From Eledone cirrhosa (lineage: Eukaryota), in assembly GCA_964016885.1 (NCBI GenBank), contig OZ024754.1, positions 21,080,001 to 21,144,000 on the forward strand: DNA of 64,000 nt, given 5' to 3'. Under the pieces are notes generated by a model. That model worked only from the letters and a program-made list of their open reading frames with translations, was not told where the DNA came from and made no database searches. Of the stretch, positions 27,660 through 43,900 are shown piece after piece (within the stretch, counting starts at the first letter, position 1; every line of letters begins with the position of its first letter). A program made the position numbers and the translations under genes.

Positions 27660-30600
27660 AACATAGGGACTCCCTCCCATATTACCCTTGGTATTAACAT
27701 AGGGACTCCCTCACATATTACCCTTGGTATTAACATAGAGACACCCTCCCATATTACCCTTGGTATTAACATTGGAACTCCCTCCTAAAGTAGATTTGGT
27801 ATTAACATAGACTGCCTCCCATATTACCCTTGGTATTAACATAGGGACTCCCTCCCATATTACACTTGGTATTAATATAGAGACTCCCTCCCATATTACC
27901 CTTGGTATTAACATAGACTCCCTCCCATATTAGAATTGGTATTAATATAGAGACTCCCTCCCATATTACCCTTGGTATTAACATAGACTCCCTCCCATAT
28001 TAGACTTGGTATTAATATAGAGACTCCCTCCCATATTACCCTTGGTATTAACATAGACTACCTCAAATATTACCCTTGGTATTAATATAGAGACTCCCTC
28101 CCATATTACCCTTGGTATTAACATAGACTCCCTCCCATATTAGACTTGGTATTAATATAGAGACTCCCTCCCATATTACCCTTGGTATTAACATAGACTC
28201 CCTCCCATATTACCCTTGGTATTAACATAGGGACTCCCTCCCATATTACCCTTGGTATTAACATAGGGACTCCCTCCCATATTACCCTTGGTATTAACAT
28301 AGACTCCCTCCCATATTTCCCTTGGTATTAACATAGGGACTCCCTCCCATATTACCCTTGGTATTAACATAGACTCCCTCCCATATTACCCTTGGTATTA
28401 ACATAGACTCCCTCCCATATTACCCTTGGTATTAACAAAGACTCCCTCCCATATTAGCCTTCGTATTAACATAGGGACTCCCTCCCATATTACCCTTGGT
28501 ATTAACATAGGGACTCCCTCCCATATTAGACTTGGTATTAACATAGACTCCCTCCCATATTACCCTTGGTATTAACATAGACTCCCTCCCATATTACCCT
28601 TGGTATTAACATAGACTCCCTCCCATATTAGCCTTCGTATTAACATAGGGACTCCCTCCCATATTACCCTTGGTATTAACATAGGGACTCCCTCCCATAT
28701 TAGACTTGGTATTAACATAGACTCCCTCCCATATTACCCTTGGTATTATCATAGGGACTCCCTCCCATATTACCTTTGGTATTAACATAGACTCCCTCCC
28801 ATATTACCCTTGGTATTAACATATACTCCCTGCCATATTAGCCTTCGTATTAACATAGGGACTCCCTCCCATATTACCCTTGGTATTAACATAGGGACTC
28901 CCTCCCATATTAGACTTGGTATTAACATAGACTCCCTCCCATATTACCCTTGGTATTATCATAGGGACTCCCTCCCATATTACCCTTGGTATTAACATAG
29001 ACTCCCTCCCATATTACCCTTGGTATTAACATAGACTCCCTCCCATATTACCCTTGGTACTAACATAGACTCCCTCCCATATTACCCTTGGTATTAACAT
29101 AGGGACTCCCTCCTATATTAGACTTGGTATTAACATAGACTCCCTCCCATATTACTCTTGGTATTAACATGCACTCCCTCCCATATTAGACTTGGTATTA
29201 ACATAGGGACTCCCTCCCATATTTCCCTTGGTATTAACATAGAGACTCCCTCCCATATTACCCTTGGTATTAACATAGACTACCTCCCATATTACCCTTG
29301 GTATTAACATAGACTCTCTCCCATATTACCCTTGGTATTAACATAGACTCCCTCCCATATTACCCTTGGTACTAACATAGACTCCCTCCCATATTACCCT
29401 TGGTATTAACATAGGGACTCGCTCCTATATTATACTTGGTATTAACATAGATTCCCTCCCATATTACCCTTGGTATTAACATGCACTCCCTTCTATATTA
29501 GTCGTGGTATTAAAATAGGGACTCGCTCCCATATTACCCTTGGTATTAACATAGGGCCTCCCTCCCATATTATACTTGGTATTAACATAGACTCCCTCCC
29601 ATGTTAGCCTTGGTATTAACAAAGACTCCCTCCCATATTAGCCTTCGTATTAACATAGGGACTCCCTCCCATATTACCCTTGGTATTAACATAGGGACTC
29701 CCTCCCATATTAGACTTGGTATTAACATAGACTCCCTCCCATATTACCCTTGGTATTATCATAGGGACTCCCTCCCATATTACCTTTGGTATTAACATAG
29801 ACTCCCTCCCATATTACCCTTGGTATTAACATATACTCCCTGCCATATTAGCCTTCGTATTAACATAGGGACTCCCTCCCATATTACCCTTGGTATTAAC
29901 ATAGGGACTCCCTCCCATATTAGACTTGGTATTAACATAGACTCCCTCCCATATTACCCTTGGTATTAACATAGGGCCTCCCTCCCATATTATACTTGGT
30001 ATTAACATAGACTCCCTCCCATGTTAGCCTTGGTATTAACATAGACTCCCTCCCATATTAGACTTGGTATTAATATAGAGACTCCCTCCCATATTACCCT
30101 TGGTATTAACATAGACTCCCTCCCATATTACCCTTGGTATTAACATAGGGACTCCCTCCCATATTACCCTTGGTATTAACATAGAGACCCCCCCCCCCAT
30201 ATTACCCTTGGTATTAACATAGACTCCCTCCCATATTTCCCTTGGTATTAACATAGGGACTCCCTCCCATATTACCCTTGGTATTAACATAGACTCCCTC
30301 CCATATTACCCTTGGTATTAACATAGACTCCCTCCCATATTAGCCTTCGTATTAGCATAGGGACTCCCTCCCATATTACCCTTGGTATTAACATAGGGAC
30401 TCCCTCCCATATTAGACTTGGTATTAACATAGACTCCCTCTCATATTACCCTTGGTATTATCATAGGGACTCCCTCCCATATTACCCTTGGTATTAACAT
30501 AGACTCCCTCCCATATTACCCTTGGTATTAACATAGACTCCCTCCCATATTACCCTTGGTACTAACATAGACTCCCTCCCATATTACCCTTGGTATTAAC

Positions 30601-33330
30601 ATAGGGACTCCCTCCTATATTAGACTTGGTATTAACATAGACTCCCTCCCATATTACCCTTGGTATTAACATGCACTCCCTCCCATATTAGACTTGGTAT
30701 TAACATAGGGACTCCCTCCCAAATTTCCCTTGGTATTAACATAGAGACTCCCTCCCATATTACCCTTGGTATTAACATAGACTACCTCCCATATTACCCT
30801 TGGTATTAACATAGACTCCCTCCCATATTACCCTTGGTATTAACATAGACTCCCTCCCATATTACCCTTGGTACTAACATAGACTCCCTCCCATATTACC
30901 CTTGGTATTAACATAGGGACTCCCTCCTATATTAGACTTGGTATTAACATAGATTCCCTCCCATATTACCCTTGGTATTAACATGCACTCCCTTCTATAT
31001 TAGTCGTGGTATTAAAATAGGGACTCGCTCCCATATTACCCTTGGTATTAACATAGGGCCTCCCTCCCATATTAGACTTGGTATTAACATAGACTCCCTC
31101 CCATATTAGACTTGGTATTAACATAGACTCCCTCCCATATTACCCTTGGTATTAACATAGGGACTCCCTCCCATATTTCCCTTGGTATTAACATAGGGAC
31201 TCCCTCCCATATTACCCTTGGTATTAACATAGACTCCATCCCATATTACCCTTGATATTAACATAGACTCCCTCCCATATTAGCCTTCGTATTAACATAG
31301 GGACTCCCTCCCATATTACCCTTGGTATTAACATAGGGACTCCCTCCCATATTAGACTTGGTATTAACATAGACTCCCTCCCATATTACCCTTGGTATTA
31401 TCATAGGGACTCCCTCCCATATTACCCTTGGTATTAACATAGACTCCCTTCCTTATTACCCTTGGTATTAACATAGATACCCTCCCATATTACCTTTGGT
31501 ATTATGATAGGGACACCCTCCCATATTACCCTTGGTATTAACATAGACTCCCTCCCATATTACCCTTGGTATTAACATAGACTCCCTCCCATATTAGCCT
31601 TGGTATTAACATAGGGACTCCCTCCTATATTACCCTTAGTATTAACATAGACTCCCTCCCATATTACCCTTGGTATTAACATAGACTCCCTCCCATGTTA
31701 GCCTTGGTATTAATATAGACTCCCTCCCATATTACCCTTGGTATTAACATAGACTCCCTCCCATATTACCCTTGGTATGAACATTGGGACTCCCTCCTAA
31801 ATTAGACTTGGTATTAACATAGACTCCCTCCCATATTACCCTTGGTATTAACGTGCACTCCCTTCTATATCAGACGTGGTATTAACATAGGGACTCCCTC
31901 CCATATTAGCCTTGGTATTAACATAGGGACTCCCTCTCATATTAGACTTGGTATTAACATAGACTCCCTCCCATATTAGACTTGGTATTAACATAGGGAC
32001 TCCCTCCCATATTACCCTTGGTATTAACATAGGGACTCCCTCACATATTACCCTTGGTATTAACATAGAGACACCCTCCCATATTACCCTTGGTATTAAC
32101 ATTGGGACTCCCTCCTAAAGTAGATTTGGTATTAACATAGACTGCCTCCCATATTACCCTTGGTATTAACATAGGGACTCCCTCCCATATTACACTTGGT
32201 ATTAATATAGAGACTCCCTCCCATATTACCCTTGGTATTAACATAGACTCCCTCCCATATTAGAATTGGTATTAATATAGAGACTCCCTCCCATATTACC
32301 CTTGGTATTAACATAGACTCCCTCCCATATTAGACTTGGTATTAATATAGAGACTCCCTCCCATATTACCCTTGGTATTAACATAGACTACCTCAAATAT
32401 TACCCTTGGTATTAATATAGAGACTCCCTCCCATATTACCCTTGGTATTAACATAGACTCCCTCCCATATTAGACTTGGTATTAATATAGAGACTCCCTC
32501 CCATATTACCCTTGGTATTAACATAGACTCCCTCCCATATTACCCTTGGTATTAACATAGGGACTCCCTCCCATATTACCCTTGGTATTAACATAGGGAC
32601 TCCCTCCCATATTACCCTTGGTATTAACATAGACTCCCTCCCATATTTCCCTTGGTATTAACATAGGGACTCCCTCCCATATTACCCTTGGTATTAACAT
32701 AGACTCCCTCCCATATTACCCTTGGTATTAACATAGACTCCCTCCCATATTACCCTTGGTATTAACAAAGACTCCCTCCCATATTAGCCTTCGTATTAAC
32801 ATAGGGACTCCCTCCCATATTACCCTTGGTATTAACATAGGGACTCCCTCCCATATTAGACTTGGTATTAACATAGACTCCCTCCCATATTACCCTTGGT
32901 ATTAACATAGACTCCCTCCCATATTACCCTTGGTATTAACATAGACTCCCTCCCATATTAGCCTTCGTATTAACATAGGGACTCCCTCCCATATTACCCT
33001 TGGTATTAACATAGGGACTCCCTCCCATATTAGACTTGGTATTAACATAGACTCCCTCCCATATTACCCTTGGTATTATCATAGGGACTCCCTCCCATAT
33101 TACCTTTGGTATTAACATAGACTCCCTCCCATATTACCCTTGGTATTAACATATACTCCCTGCCATATTAGCCTTCGTATTAACATAGGGACTCCCTCCC
33201 ATATTACCCTTGGTATTAACATAGGGACTCCCTCCCATATTAGACTTGGTATTAACATACACTCCCTCCCATATTACCCTTGGTATTATCATAGGGACTC
33301 CCTCCCATATTACCCTTGGTATTAACATAG
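27660..33330. repeat. Repeated ~1.3-kb block at 4,330-bp spacing (~27.7-29.0 kb and ~32.0-33.3 kb)
   Basis: ORF pairs 27711/32041, 28118/32448, 28606/32936 and 28816/33146 are offset by 4330. Shared AACAAAGACT variant at ~28436 and ~32766. Confidence 0.8.
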
Positions 33331-36300
33331 ACTCCCTTCCATATTACCCTTGGTATTAACATAGACACCCTCCCATATTACCTTTGGTATTATGATAGGG
33401 ACACCCTCCCATATTACCCTTGGTATTAACATAGACTCCCTCCCATATTACCCTTGGTATTAACATAGACTCCCTCCCATATTAGACTTGGTATTAACAT
33501 AGGGACTCCCTCCCATATTACCCTTGGTATTAACATAGGGACTCCCTTACATATTACCCTTGGTATTAACATAGAGACACCCTCCCATATTACCCTTGGT
33601 ATTAACATTGGGACTCCCTCCTAAAGTAGACTTGGTATTAACATAGACTGCCTCCCATATTACCCTTGGTATTAACATAGGGACTCCCTCCCATATTACA
33701 CTTGGTATTAATATAGAGACTCCCTCCCATATTACCCTTGGTATTAACATAGACTCCCTCCCATATTAGAATTGGTATTAATATAGAGACTCCCTCCCAT
33801 ATTACCCTTGGTATTAACATAGACTCCCTCCCATATTAGACTTGGTATTAATATAGAGACTCCCTCCCATATTAACCTTGGTATTAACATAGACTACCTC
33901 GCATATTACCCTTGGTATTAACATAGACTCCCTCCCATATTAGACTTGGTATTAATATAGAGACTCCCTCCCATATTACCCTTGGTATTAACATAGACTC
34001 CCTCCCATATTACCCTTGGTATTAACATAGGGACTCCCTCCCATATTGCCCTTGCGATTAACATAGAGACCCCCCCCATATTACCCTTGGTATTAACATA
34101 GACTCCCTCCCATATTAACCTTGGTATTAACATAGACTCCCTCACATATTACCCTTGGTATTAACATAGACTCCCTCCCATATTACCGTTGGTATTAATA
34201 TAGGGACTCCCTCCCATATTAGCCTTGGTATTAACATAGACTCCCTTCCATATTAGCCTTTGGTATTAACATAGACTCCCTCCCATATTACCCTTGGTAT
34301 TAACATAGACTCCCTCCCATATTACCCTTGGTATTAACATAGGGACTCCCTCCCATATTAGACTTGGTATTAATATAGAGACTCCCTCCCATATTACCCT
34401 TGGTATTAACATAGACTCCATCCCATATTACCATTGGTATAAACATACACTCCCTCCTATATTAGCCTTCGTATTAACATAGGGACTCCCTCCCATATTA
34501 CCCTTGGTATTAACATAGGGACTCCCTCCCATATTAGACTTGGTATTAACATAGACTCCCTCCCATATTACCCTTGGTATTAACATAGGGACTCCCTCAC
34601 ATATTACCCTTGGTATTAACATAGGGACTCCCTCCCATATTAGCCTTGGTATTAACAAAGACTCCCTCCCATATTACCCTTGGTGTTAACATAGACTCCC
34701 TCCCATATTACCCTTGGTATTAACATAGGCTCCCTCCCATATTACCCTTGGTATTAACATAGGGACTCCCTCCCATATTTCCTTTGGTATTAACATAGCG
34801 ACTCCCTCCCATATTACCCTTGGTATTAACATAGACTCCCTCCCATATTACCCTTGGTATTAACATAGACTCCATCCCATATTACCCTTGGTATAAACAT
34901 AGACTCCCTCCTATATTAGCCTTCGTATTAACATAGGGACTCCCTCCCATATTACCCTTGGTATTAACATAGGGACTCCCTCCCATATTAGACTTGGTAT
35001 TAACATAGACTCCCTCCCATATTACCCTTGGTATTAACATAGGGACTCCCTCACATATTACCCTTGGTATTAACATAGGGACTCCCTCCCATATTAGCCT
35101 TGGTATTAACAAAGACTCCCTCCCATATTACCCTTGGTGTTAACATAGATTCCCTCCCATATTACCCTTGGTATTAACATAGGGACTCCCTCCCATATTT
35201 CCCTTGGTATTAACATAGGGACTCCCTCCCATATTACCCTTGGTATTAACATAGACTCCATCCCATATTACCCTTGGTATAAACATAGACTCCCTCCTAT
35301 ATTAGCCATCGTATTAACATAGGGACTCCCTCCCATATTACCCTTGGTATTAACATAGGGACTCCCTCCCATATTAGACTTGGTATTAACATAGACTCCC
35401 TCCCATATTACCCTTGGTATTATCATAGGGACTCCCTCCCATATTACCCTTGGTATTAACATAGGGACTCCCTCCCATATTACACTTGGTATTAACATAG
35501 GGACTCCCTCCCATATTAGACTTGGTATTAACATAGACTCCCTTCCATATTACCCTTGGTATTAACATAGACTCCCTCCCATATTAGCCTTGGTATTAAC
35601 ATAGGGACTCCCTCCTATATTACCCTTAGTATTAACATAGACTCCCTCCCATATTACCCTTGGTATTAACATAGACTCCCTCCCATGTTAGCCTTGGTAT
35701 TAACATAGACTCCCTCCCATATTAGACTTGGTATTAATATAGAGACTCCCTCCCATATTACCCTTGGTATTAACATAGACTCCCTTCCATATTACCCTTG
35801 GTATTAACATAGGGACTCCCTCCCATATTACCCTTGGTATTAACATAGAGACCCCCCCCCCCCATATTACCCTTGGTATTAACATAGACTCCCTCCCATA
35901 TTTCCCTTGGTATTAACATAGGGACTCCCTCCCATATTACCCTTGGTATTAACATAGACTCCCTCCCATATTACCCTTGGTATTAACATAGACTCCCTCC
36001 CATATTAGCCTTCGTATTAACATAGGGACTTCCTCCCATATTACCCTTGGTATTAACATAGACTCCCTCCCATATTACCCTTGGTATTAACATAGACTCC
36101 CTCCCATATTATCCTTGGTACTAACATAGACTCGCTCCCATATTACCCTTGGTATTAACATAGGGACTCCCTCCTATATTAGACTTGGTATTAACATACA
36201 TTCCCTCCCATATTACCCTTGGTATTAACATGCACTCCCTTCTATATTAGTCGTGGTATTAAAATAGGTACTCGCTCCCATATTACCCTTGGTATTAACA

Positions 36301-39300
36301 TAGGGCCTCCCTCCCATATTTCCCTTGGTATTAACATAGGGACTCCCTCCCATATTACCCTTGGTATTAACATAGACTCCATCCCATATTACCCTTGTTA
36401 TTAACATAGGGTCTCCCTCCCATATTACCCTTGGTATTAACATAGACTCCCTTCCATATTACCCTTGGTATTAACATAGACACCCTCCCATATTACCTTT
36501 GGTATTATGATAGGGACACCCTCCCATATTACCCTTGGTATTAACATAGACTCCCTCCCATATTACCCTTGGTATTAACATAGACTCCCTCCCATATTAG
36601 CCTTGGTATTAACATAGGGACTCCCTCCTATATTACCCTTAGTATTAACATAGACTCCCTCCCATATTACCCTTGGTATTAACATAGACTCCCTCCCATG
36701 TTAGCCTTGGTATTAACATAGACTCCCTCCCATATTACCCTTGGTATTAACATAGACTCCCTCCCATATTTCCCTTGGTATTAACATAGGGACTCCCTCC
36801 CATATTACCCTTGGTATTAACATAGACTCCCTCCCATATTACCCTTGGTATTAACATAGACTCCCTCCCATATTACCCTTGGTATTAACAAAGACTCCCT
36901 CCCATATTAGCCTTCGTATTAACATAGGGACTCCCTCCCATATTACCCTTGGTATTAACATAGGGACTCCCTCCCATATTAGACTTGGTATTAACATAGA
37001 CTCCCTCCCATATTACCCTTGGTATTAACATAGACTCCCTCCCATATTACCCTTGGTATTAACATAGACTCCCTCCCATATTAGCCTTCGTATTAACATA
37101 GGGACTCCCTCCCATATTACCCTTGGTATTAACATAGGGACTCCCTCCCATATTAGACTTGGTATTAACATAGACTCCCTCCCATATTACCCTTGGTATT
37201 ATCATAGGGACTCCCTCCCATATTACCTTTGGTATTAACATAGACTCCCTCCCATATTACCCTTGGTATTAACATATACTCCCTGCCATATTAGCCTTCG
37301 TATTAACATAGGGACTCCCTCCCATATTACCCTTGGTATTAACATAGGGACTCCCTCCCATATTAGACTTGGTATTAACATACACTCCCTCCCATATTAC
37401 CCTTGGTATTATCATAGGGACTCCCTCCCATATTACCCTTGGTATTAACATAGACTCCCTTCCATATTACCCTTGGTATTAACATAGACACCCTCCCATA
37501 TTACCTTTGGTATTATGATAGGGACACCCTCCCATATTACCCTTGGTATTAACATAGACTCCCTCCCATATTACCCTTGGTATTAACATAGACTCCCTCC
37601 CATATTAGACTTGGTATTAACATAGGGACTCCCTCCCATATTACCCTTGGTATTAACATAGGGACTCCCTTACATATTACCCTTGGTATTAACATAGAGA
37701 CACCCTCCCATATTACCCTTGGTATTAACATTGGGACTCCCTCCTAAAGTAGACTTGGTATTAACATAGACTGCCTCCCATATTACCCTTGGTATTAACA
37801 TAGGGACTCCCTCCCATATTACACTTGGTATTAATATAGAGACTCCCTCCCATATTACCCTTGGTATTAACATAGACTCCCTCCCATATTAGAATTGGTA
37901 TTAATATAGAGACTCCCTCCCATATTACCCTTGGTATTAACATAGACTCCCTCCCATATTAGACTTGGTATTAATATAGAGACTCCCTCCCATATTAACC
38001 TTGGTATTAACATAGACTACCTCGCATATTACCCTTGGTATTAACATAGACTCCCTCCCATATTAGACTTGGTATTAATATAGAGACTCCCTCCCATATT
38101 ACCCTTGGTATTAACATAGACTCCCTCCCATATTACCCTTGGTATTAACATAGGGACTCCCTCCCATATTGCCCTTGCGATTAACATAGAGACCCCCCCC
38201 ATATTACCCTTGGTATTAACATAGACTCCCTCCCATATTAACCTTGGTATTAACATAGACTCCCTCACATATTACCCTTGGTATTAACATAGACTCCCTC
38301 CCATATTACCGTTGGTATTAATATAGGGACTCCCTCCCATATTAGCCTTGGTATTAACATAGACTCCCTTCCATATTAGCCTTTGGTATTAACATAGACT
38401 CCCTCCCATATTACCCTTGGTATTAACATAGACTCCCTCCCATATTACCCTTGGTATTAACATAGGGACTCCCTCCCATATTAGACTTGGTATTAATATA
38501 GAGACTCCCTCCCATATTACCCTTGGTATTAACATAGACTCCATCCCATATTACCATTGGTATAAACATACACTCCCTCCTATATTAGCCTTCGTATTAA
38601 CATAGGGACTCCCTCCCATATTACCCTTGGTATTAACATAGGGACTCCCTCCCATATTAGACTTGGTATTAACATAGACTCCCTCCCATATTACCCTTGG
38701 TATTAACATAGGGACTCCCTCACATATTACCCTTGGTATTAACATAGGGACTCCCTCCCATATTAGCCTTGGTATTAACAAAGACTCCCTCCCATATTAC
38801 CCTTGGTGTTAACATAGACTCCCTCCCATATTACCCTTGGTATTAACATAGGCTCCCTCCCATATTACCCTTGGTATTAACATAGGGACTCCCTCCCATA
38901 TTTCCTTTGGTATTAACATAGCGACTCCCTCCCATATTACCCTTGGTATTAACATAGACTCCCTCCCATATTACCCTTGGTATTAACATAGACTCCATCC
39001 CATATTACCCTTGGTATAAACATAGACTCCCTCCTATATTAGCCTTCGTATTAACATAGGGACTCCCTCCCATATTACCCTTGGTATTAACATAGGGACT
39101 CCCCCCCATATTAGACTTGGTATTAACATAGACTCCCTCCCATATTACCCTTGGTATTAACATAGGGACTCCCTCACATATTACCCTTGGTATTAACATA
39201 GGGACTCCCTCCCATATTAGCCTTGGTATTAACAAAGACTCCCTCCCATATTACCCTTGGTGTTAACATAGATTCCCTCCCATATTACCCTTGGTATTAA

Positions 39301-40950
39301 CATAGGGACTCCCTCCCATATTTCCCTTGGTATTAACATAGGGACTCCCTCCCATATTACCCTTGGTATTAACATAGACTCCATCCCATATTACCCTTGG
39401 TATAAACATAGACTCCCTCCTATATTAGCCATCGTATTAACATAGGGACTCCCTCCCATATTACCCTTGGTATTAACATAGGGACTCCCTCCCATATTAG
39501 ACTTGGTATTAACATAGACTCCCTCCCATATTACCCTTGGTATTATCATAGGGACTCCCTCCCATATTACCCTTGGTATTAACATAGGGACTCCCTCCCA
39601 TATTACACTTGGTATTAACATAGGGACTCCCTCCCATATTAGACTTGGTATTAACATAGACTCCCTTCCATATTACCCTTGGTATTAACATAAACACCCT
39701 CCCATATTACCTTTGGTATTATGATAGGAACACCCTCCCATATTAACCTTGGTATTAACATAGACTCCCTCCCATATTACCCTTGGTATTAACATAGACT
39801 CCCTCCCATATTAGCCTTGGTATTAACATAGGGACTCCCTCCTATATTACCCTTAGTATTAACATAGACTCCCTCCCATATTACCCTTGGTATTAACATA
39901 GACTCCCTCCCATGTTAGCCTTGGTATTAACATAGACTCCCTCCCATATTAGACTTGGTATTAATATAGAGACTCCCTCCCATATTACCCTTGGTATTAA
40001 CATAGACTCCCTTCCATATTACCCTTGGTATTAACATAGGGACTCCCTCCCATATTACCCTTGGTATTAACATAGAGACCCCCCCCCATATTACCCTTGG
40101 TATTAACATAGACTCCCTCCCATATTTCCCTTGGTATTAACATAGGGACTCCCTCCCATATTACCCTTGGTATTAACATAGACTCCCTCCCATATTACCC
40201 TTGGTATTAACATAGACTCCCTCCCATATTAGCCTTCGTATTAACATAGGGACTTCCTCCCATATTACCCTTGGTATTAACATAGACTCCCTCCCATATT
40301 ACCCTTGGTATTAACATAGACTCCCTCCCATATTATCCTTGGTACTAACATAGACTCGCTCCCATATTACCCTTGGTATTAACATAGGGACTCCCTCCTA
40401 TATTAGACTTGGTATTAACATACATTCCCTCCCATATTACCCTTGGTATTAACATGCACTCCCTTCTATATTAGTCGTGGTATTAAAATAGGTACTCGCT
40501 CCCATATTACCCTTGGTATTAACATAGGGCCTCCCTCCCATATTTCCCTTGGTATTAACATAGGGACTCCCTCCCATATTACCCTTGGTATTAACATAGA
40601 CTCCATCCCATATTACCCTTGGTATTAACATAGGGTCTCCCTCCCATATTACCCTTGGTATTAACATAGACTCCCTTCCATATTACCCTTGGTATTAACA
40701 TAGACACCCTCCCATATTACCTTTGGTATTATGATAGGGACACCCTCCCATATTACCCTTGGTATTAACATAGACTCCCTCCCATATTACCCTTGGTATT
40801 AACATAGACTCCCTCCCATATTAGCCTTGGTATTAACATAGGGACTCCCTCCTATATTACCCTTAGTATTAACATAGACTCCCTCCCATATTACCCTTGG
40901 TATTAACATAGACTCCCTCCCATGTTAGCCTTGGTATTAACATAGACTCC
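32620..40950. repeat. Tandem duplication of a ~4,123-bp unit (second copy ~101 bp longer)
   Basis: ORF pairs 32936/37059, 33426/37549, 33918/38041, 34428/38551 and 35268/39391 are offset by 4123, and 36225/40449 by 4224. Private variants GCCCTTGCGATT (34048, 38171) and CCCTTACATATT. Confidence 0.9.
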
Positions 40951-43900
40951 CTCCCATGTTAGCCTTGGTATTAACATAGACTCCCTCCCATATTACCCTT
41001 GGTATGAACATTGGGACTCCCTGCTAAATTAGACTTGGTATTAACATAGACTCCCTCCCATATTACCCTTGGTATTAACGTGCACTCCCTTCTATATCAG
41101 ACGTGGTATTAACATAGGGACGCCCTCCCATATTAGCCTTGGTATTAACATAGGGACTCCCTCTCATATTAGACTTGGTATTAACATAGACTCCCTCCCA
41201 TATTAGATTTGGTATTAACATAGGGACTCCCTCCCATATTACCCTTGGTATTAACATAGGGACTCCCTCACATATTACCCTTGGTATTAACATAGAGACA
41301 CCCTCCCATATTACCCTTGGTATTAACATTGGGACTCCCTCCTAAAGTAGATTTGGTATTAACATAGACTGCCTCCCATATTACCCTTGGTATTAACATA
41401 GGGACTCCCTCCCATATTACACTTGGTATTAATATAGAGACTCCCTCCCATATTACCCTTGGTATTAAAATAGACTCCCTCCCATATTAGAATTGGTATT
41501 AATATAGAGACACCCTCCCATATTACCCTTGGTATTAACAAAGACTACCTCAAATATTACCCTTGGTATTAATATAGAGACTCCCTCCCATATTACCCTT
41601 GGTATTAACATAGACTCCCTCCCATATTAGACTTGGTATTAATATAGAGACTCCCTCCCATATTACCCTTGGTATTAACATAGACTACCTCAAATATTAC
41701 CCTTGGTATTAATATAGAGACTCCCTCCCATATTACCCTTGGTATTAACATAGACTCCCTCCCATATTAGACTTGGTATTAACATAGAGACCCCCCCCCC
41801 CATATTACCCTTGGTATTAACATAGACTCCCTCCCATATTTCCCTTGGTATTAACATAGGGACTCCCTCCCATATTACCCTTGGTATTAACATAGACTCT
41901 CTCCCATATTACCCTTGGTATTAACATAGACTCCCTCCCATATTAGCCTTCATATTAACATAGGGACTCCCTCCCATATTTCCCTTGGTATCAACATAGG
42001 GACTCCCTCCCATATTACCCTTGGTATTAACATAGACTCCATCCCATATTACCCTTGGTATTAACATAGACTCCCTCCCATATTAGCCTTCGTATTAACA
42101 TAGGGACTCCCTCCCATATTACCCTTGGTATTAACATAGGGACTCCCTCCCATATTAGACTTGGTATTAACATAGACTCCCTCCCATATTACCCTTGGTA
42201 TTATCATAGGGACTCCCTCCCATATTACCCTTGCTATTAACATAGACTCCCTTCCATATTACCCTTAGTATTAACATAGACACCCTCCCATATTACCTTT
42301 GGTATTAACATAGACTCCCTCCCATATTACCGTTGGTATTAATATAGGGACTCCCTCCCATATTAGCCTTGGTATTAACATAGACTCCCTTCCATATTAG
42401 CCTTTGGTATTAACATAGACTCCCTCCCATATTACCCTTGGTATTAACATAGACTCCCTCCCATATTACCCTTGGTATTAACATAGGGACTCCCTCCCAT
42501 ATTAGACTTGGTATTAATATAGAGACTCCCTCCCATATTACCCTTGGTATTAACATAGACTCCATCCCATATTACCATTGGTATAAACATACACTCCCTC
42601 CTATATTAGCCTTCGTATTAACATAGGGACTCCCTCCCATATTACCCTTGGTATTAACATAGGGACTCCCTCCCATATTAGACTTGGTATTAACATAGAC
42701 TCCCTCCCATATTACCCTTGGTATTAACATAGGGACTCCCTCACATATTACCCTTGGTATTAACATAGGGACTCCCTCCCATATTAGCCTTGGTATTAAC
42801 AAAGACTCCCTCCCATATTACCCTTGGTGTTAACATAGACTCCCTCCCATATTACCCTTGGTATTAACATAGGCTCCCTCCCATATTACCCTTGGTATTA
42901 ACATAGGGACTCCCTCCCATATTTCCTTTGGTATTAACATAGCGACTCCCTCCCATATTACCCTTGGTATTAACATAGACTCCCTCCCATATTACCCTTG
43001 GTATTAACATAGACTCCATCCCATATTACCCTTGGTATAAACATAGACTCCCTCCTATATTAGCCTTCGTATTAACATAGGGACTCCCTCCCATATTACC
43101 CTTGGTATTAACATAGGGACTCCCTCCCATATTAGACTTGGTATTAACATAGACTCCCTCCCATATTACCCTTGGTATTAACATAGGGACTCCCTCACAT
43201 ATTACCCTTGGTATTAACATAGGGACTCCCTCCCATATTAGCCTTGGTATTAACAAAGACTCCCTCCCATATTACCCTTGGTGTTAACATAGATTCCCTC
43301 CCATATTACCCTTGGTATTAACATAGGGACTCCCTCCCATATTTCCCTTGGTATTAACATAGGGACTCCCTCCCATATTACCCTTGGTATTAACATAGAC
43401 TCCATCCCATATTACCCTTGGTATAAACATAGACTCCCTCCTATATTAGCCATCGTATTAACATAGGGACTCCCTCCCATATTACCCTTGGTATTAACAT
43501 AGGGACTCCCTCCCATATTAGACTTGGTATTAACATAGACTCCCTCCCATATTACCCTTGGTATTATCATAGGGACTCCCTCCCATATTACCCTTGGTAT
43601 TAACATAGGGACTCCCTCCCATATTACACTTGGTATTAACATAGGGACTCCCTCCCATATTAGACTTGGTATTAACATAGACTCCCTTCCATATTACCCT
43701 TGGTATTAACATAAACACCCTCCCATATTACCTTTGGTATTATGATAGGAACACCCTCCCATATTAACCTTGGTATTAACATAGACTCCCTCCCATATTA
43801 CCCTTGGTATTAACATAGACTCCCTCCCATATTAGCCTTGGTATTAACATAGGGACTCCCTCCTATATTACCCTTAGTATTAACATAGACTCCCTCCCAT

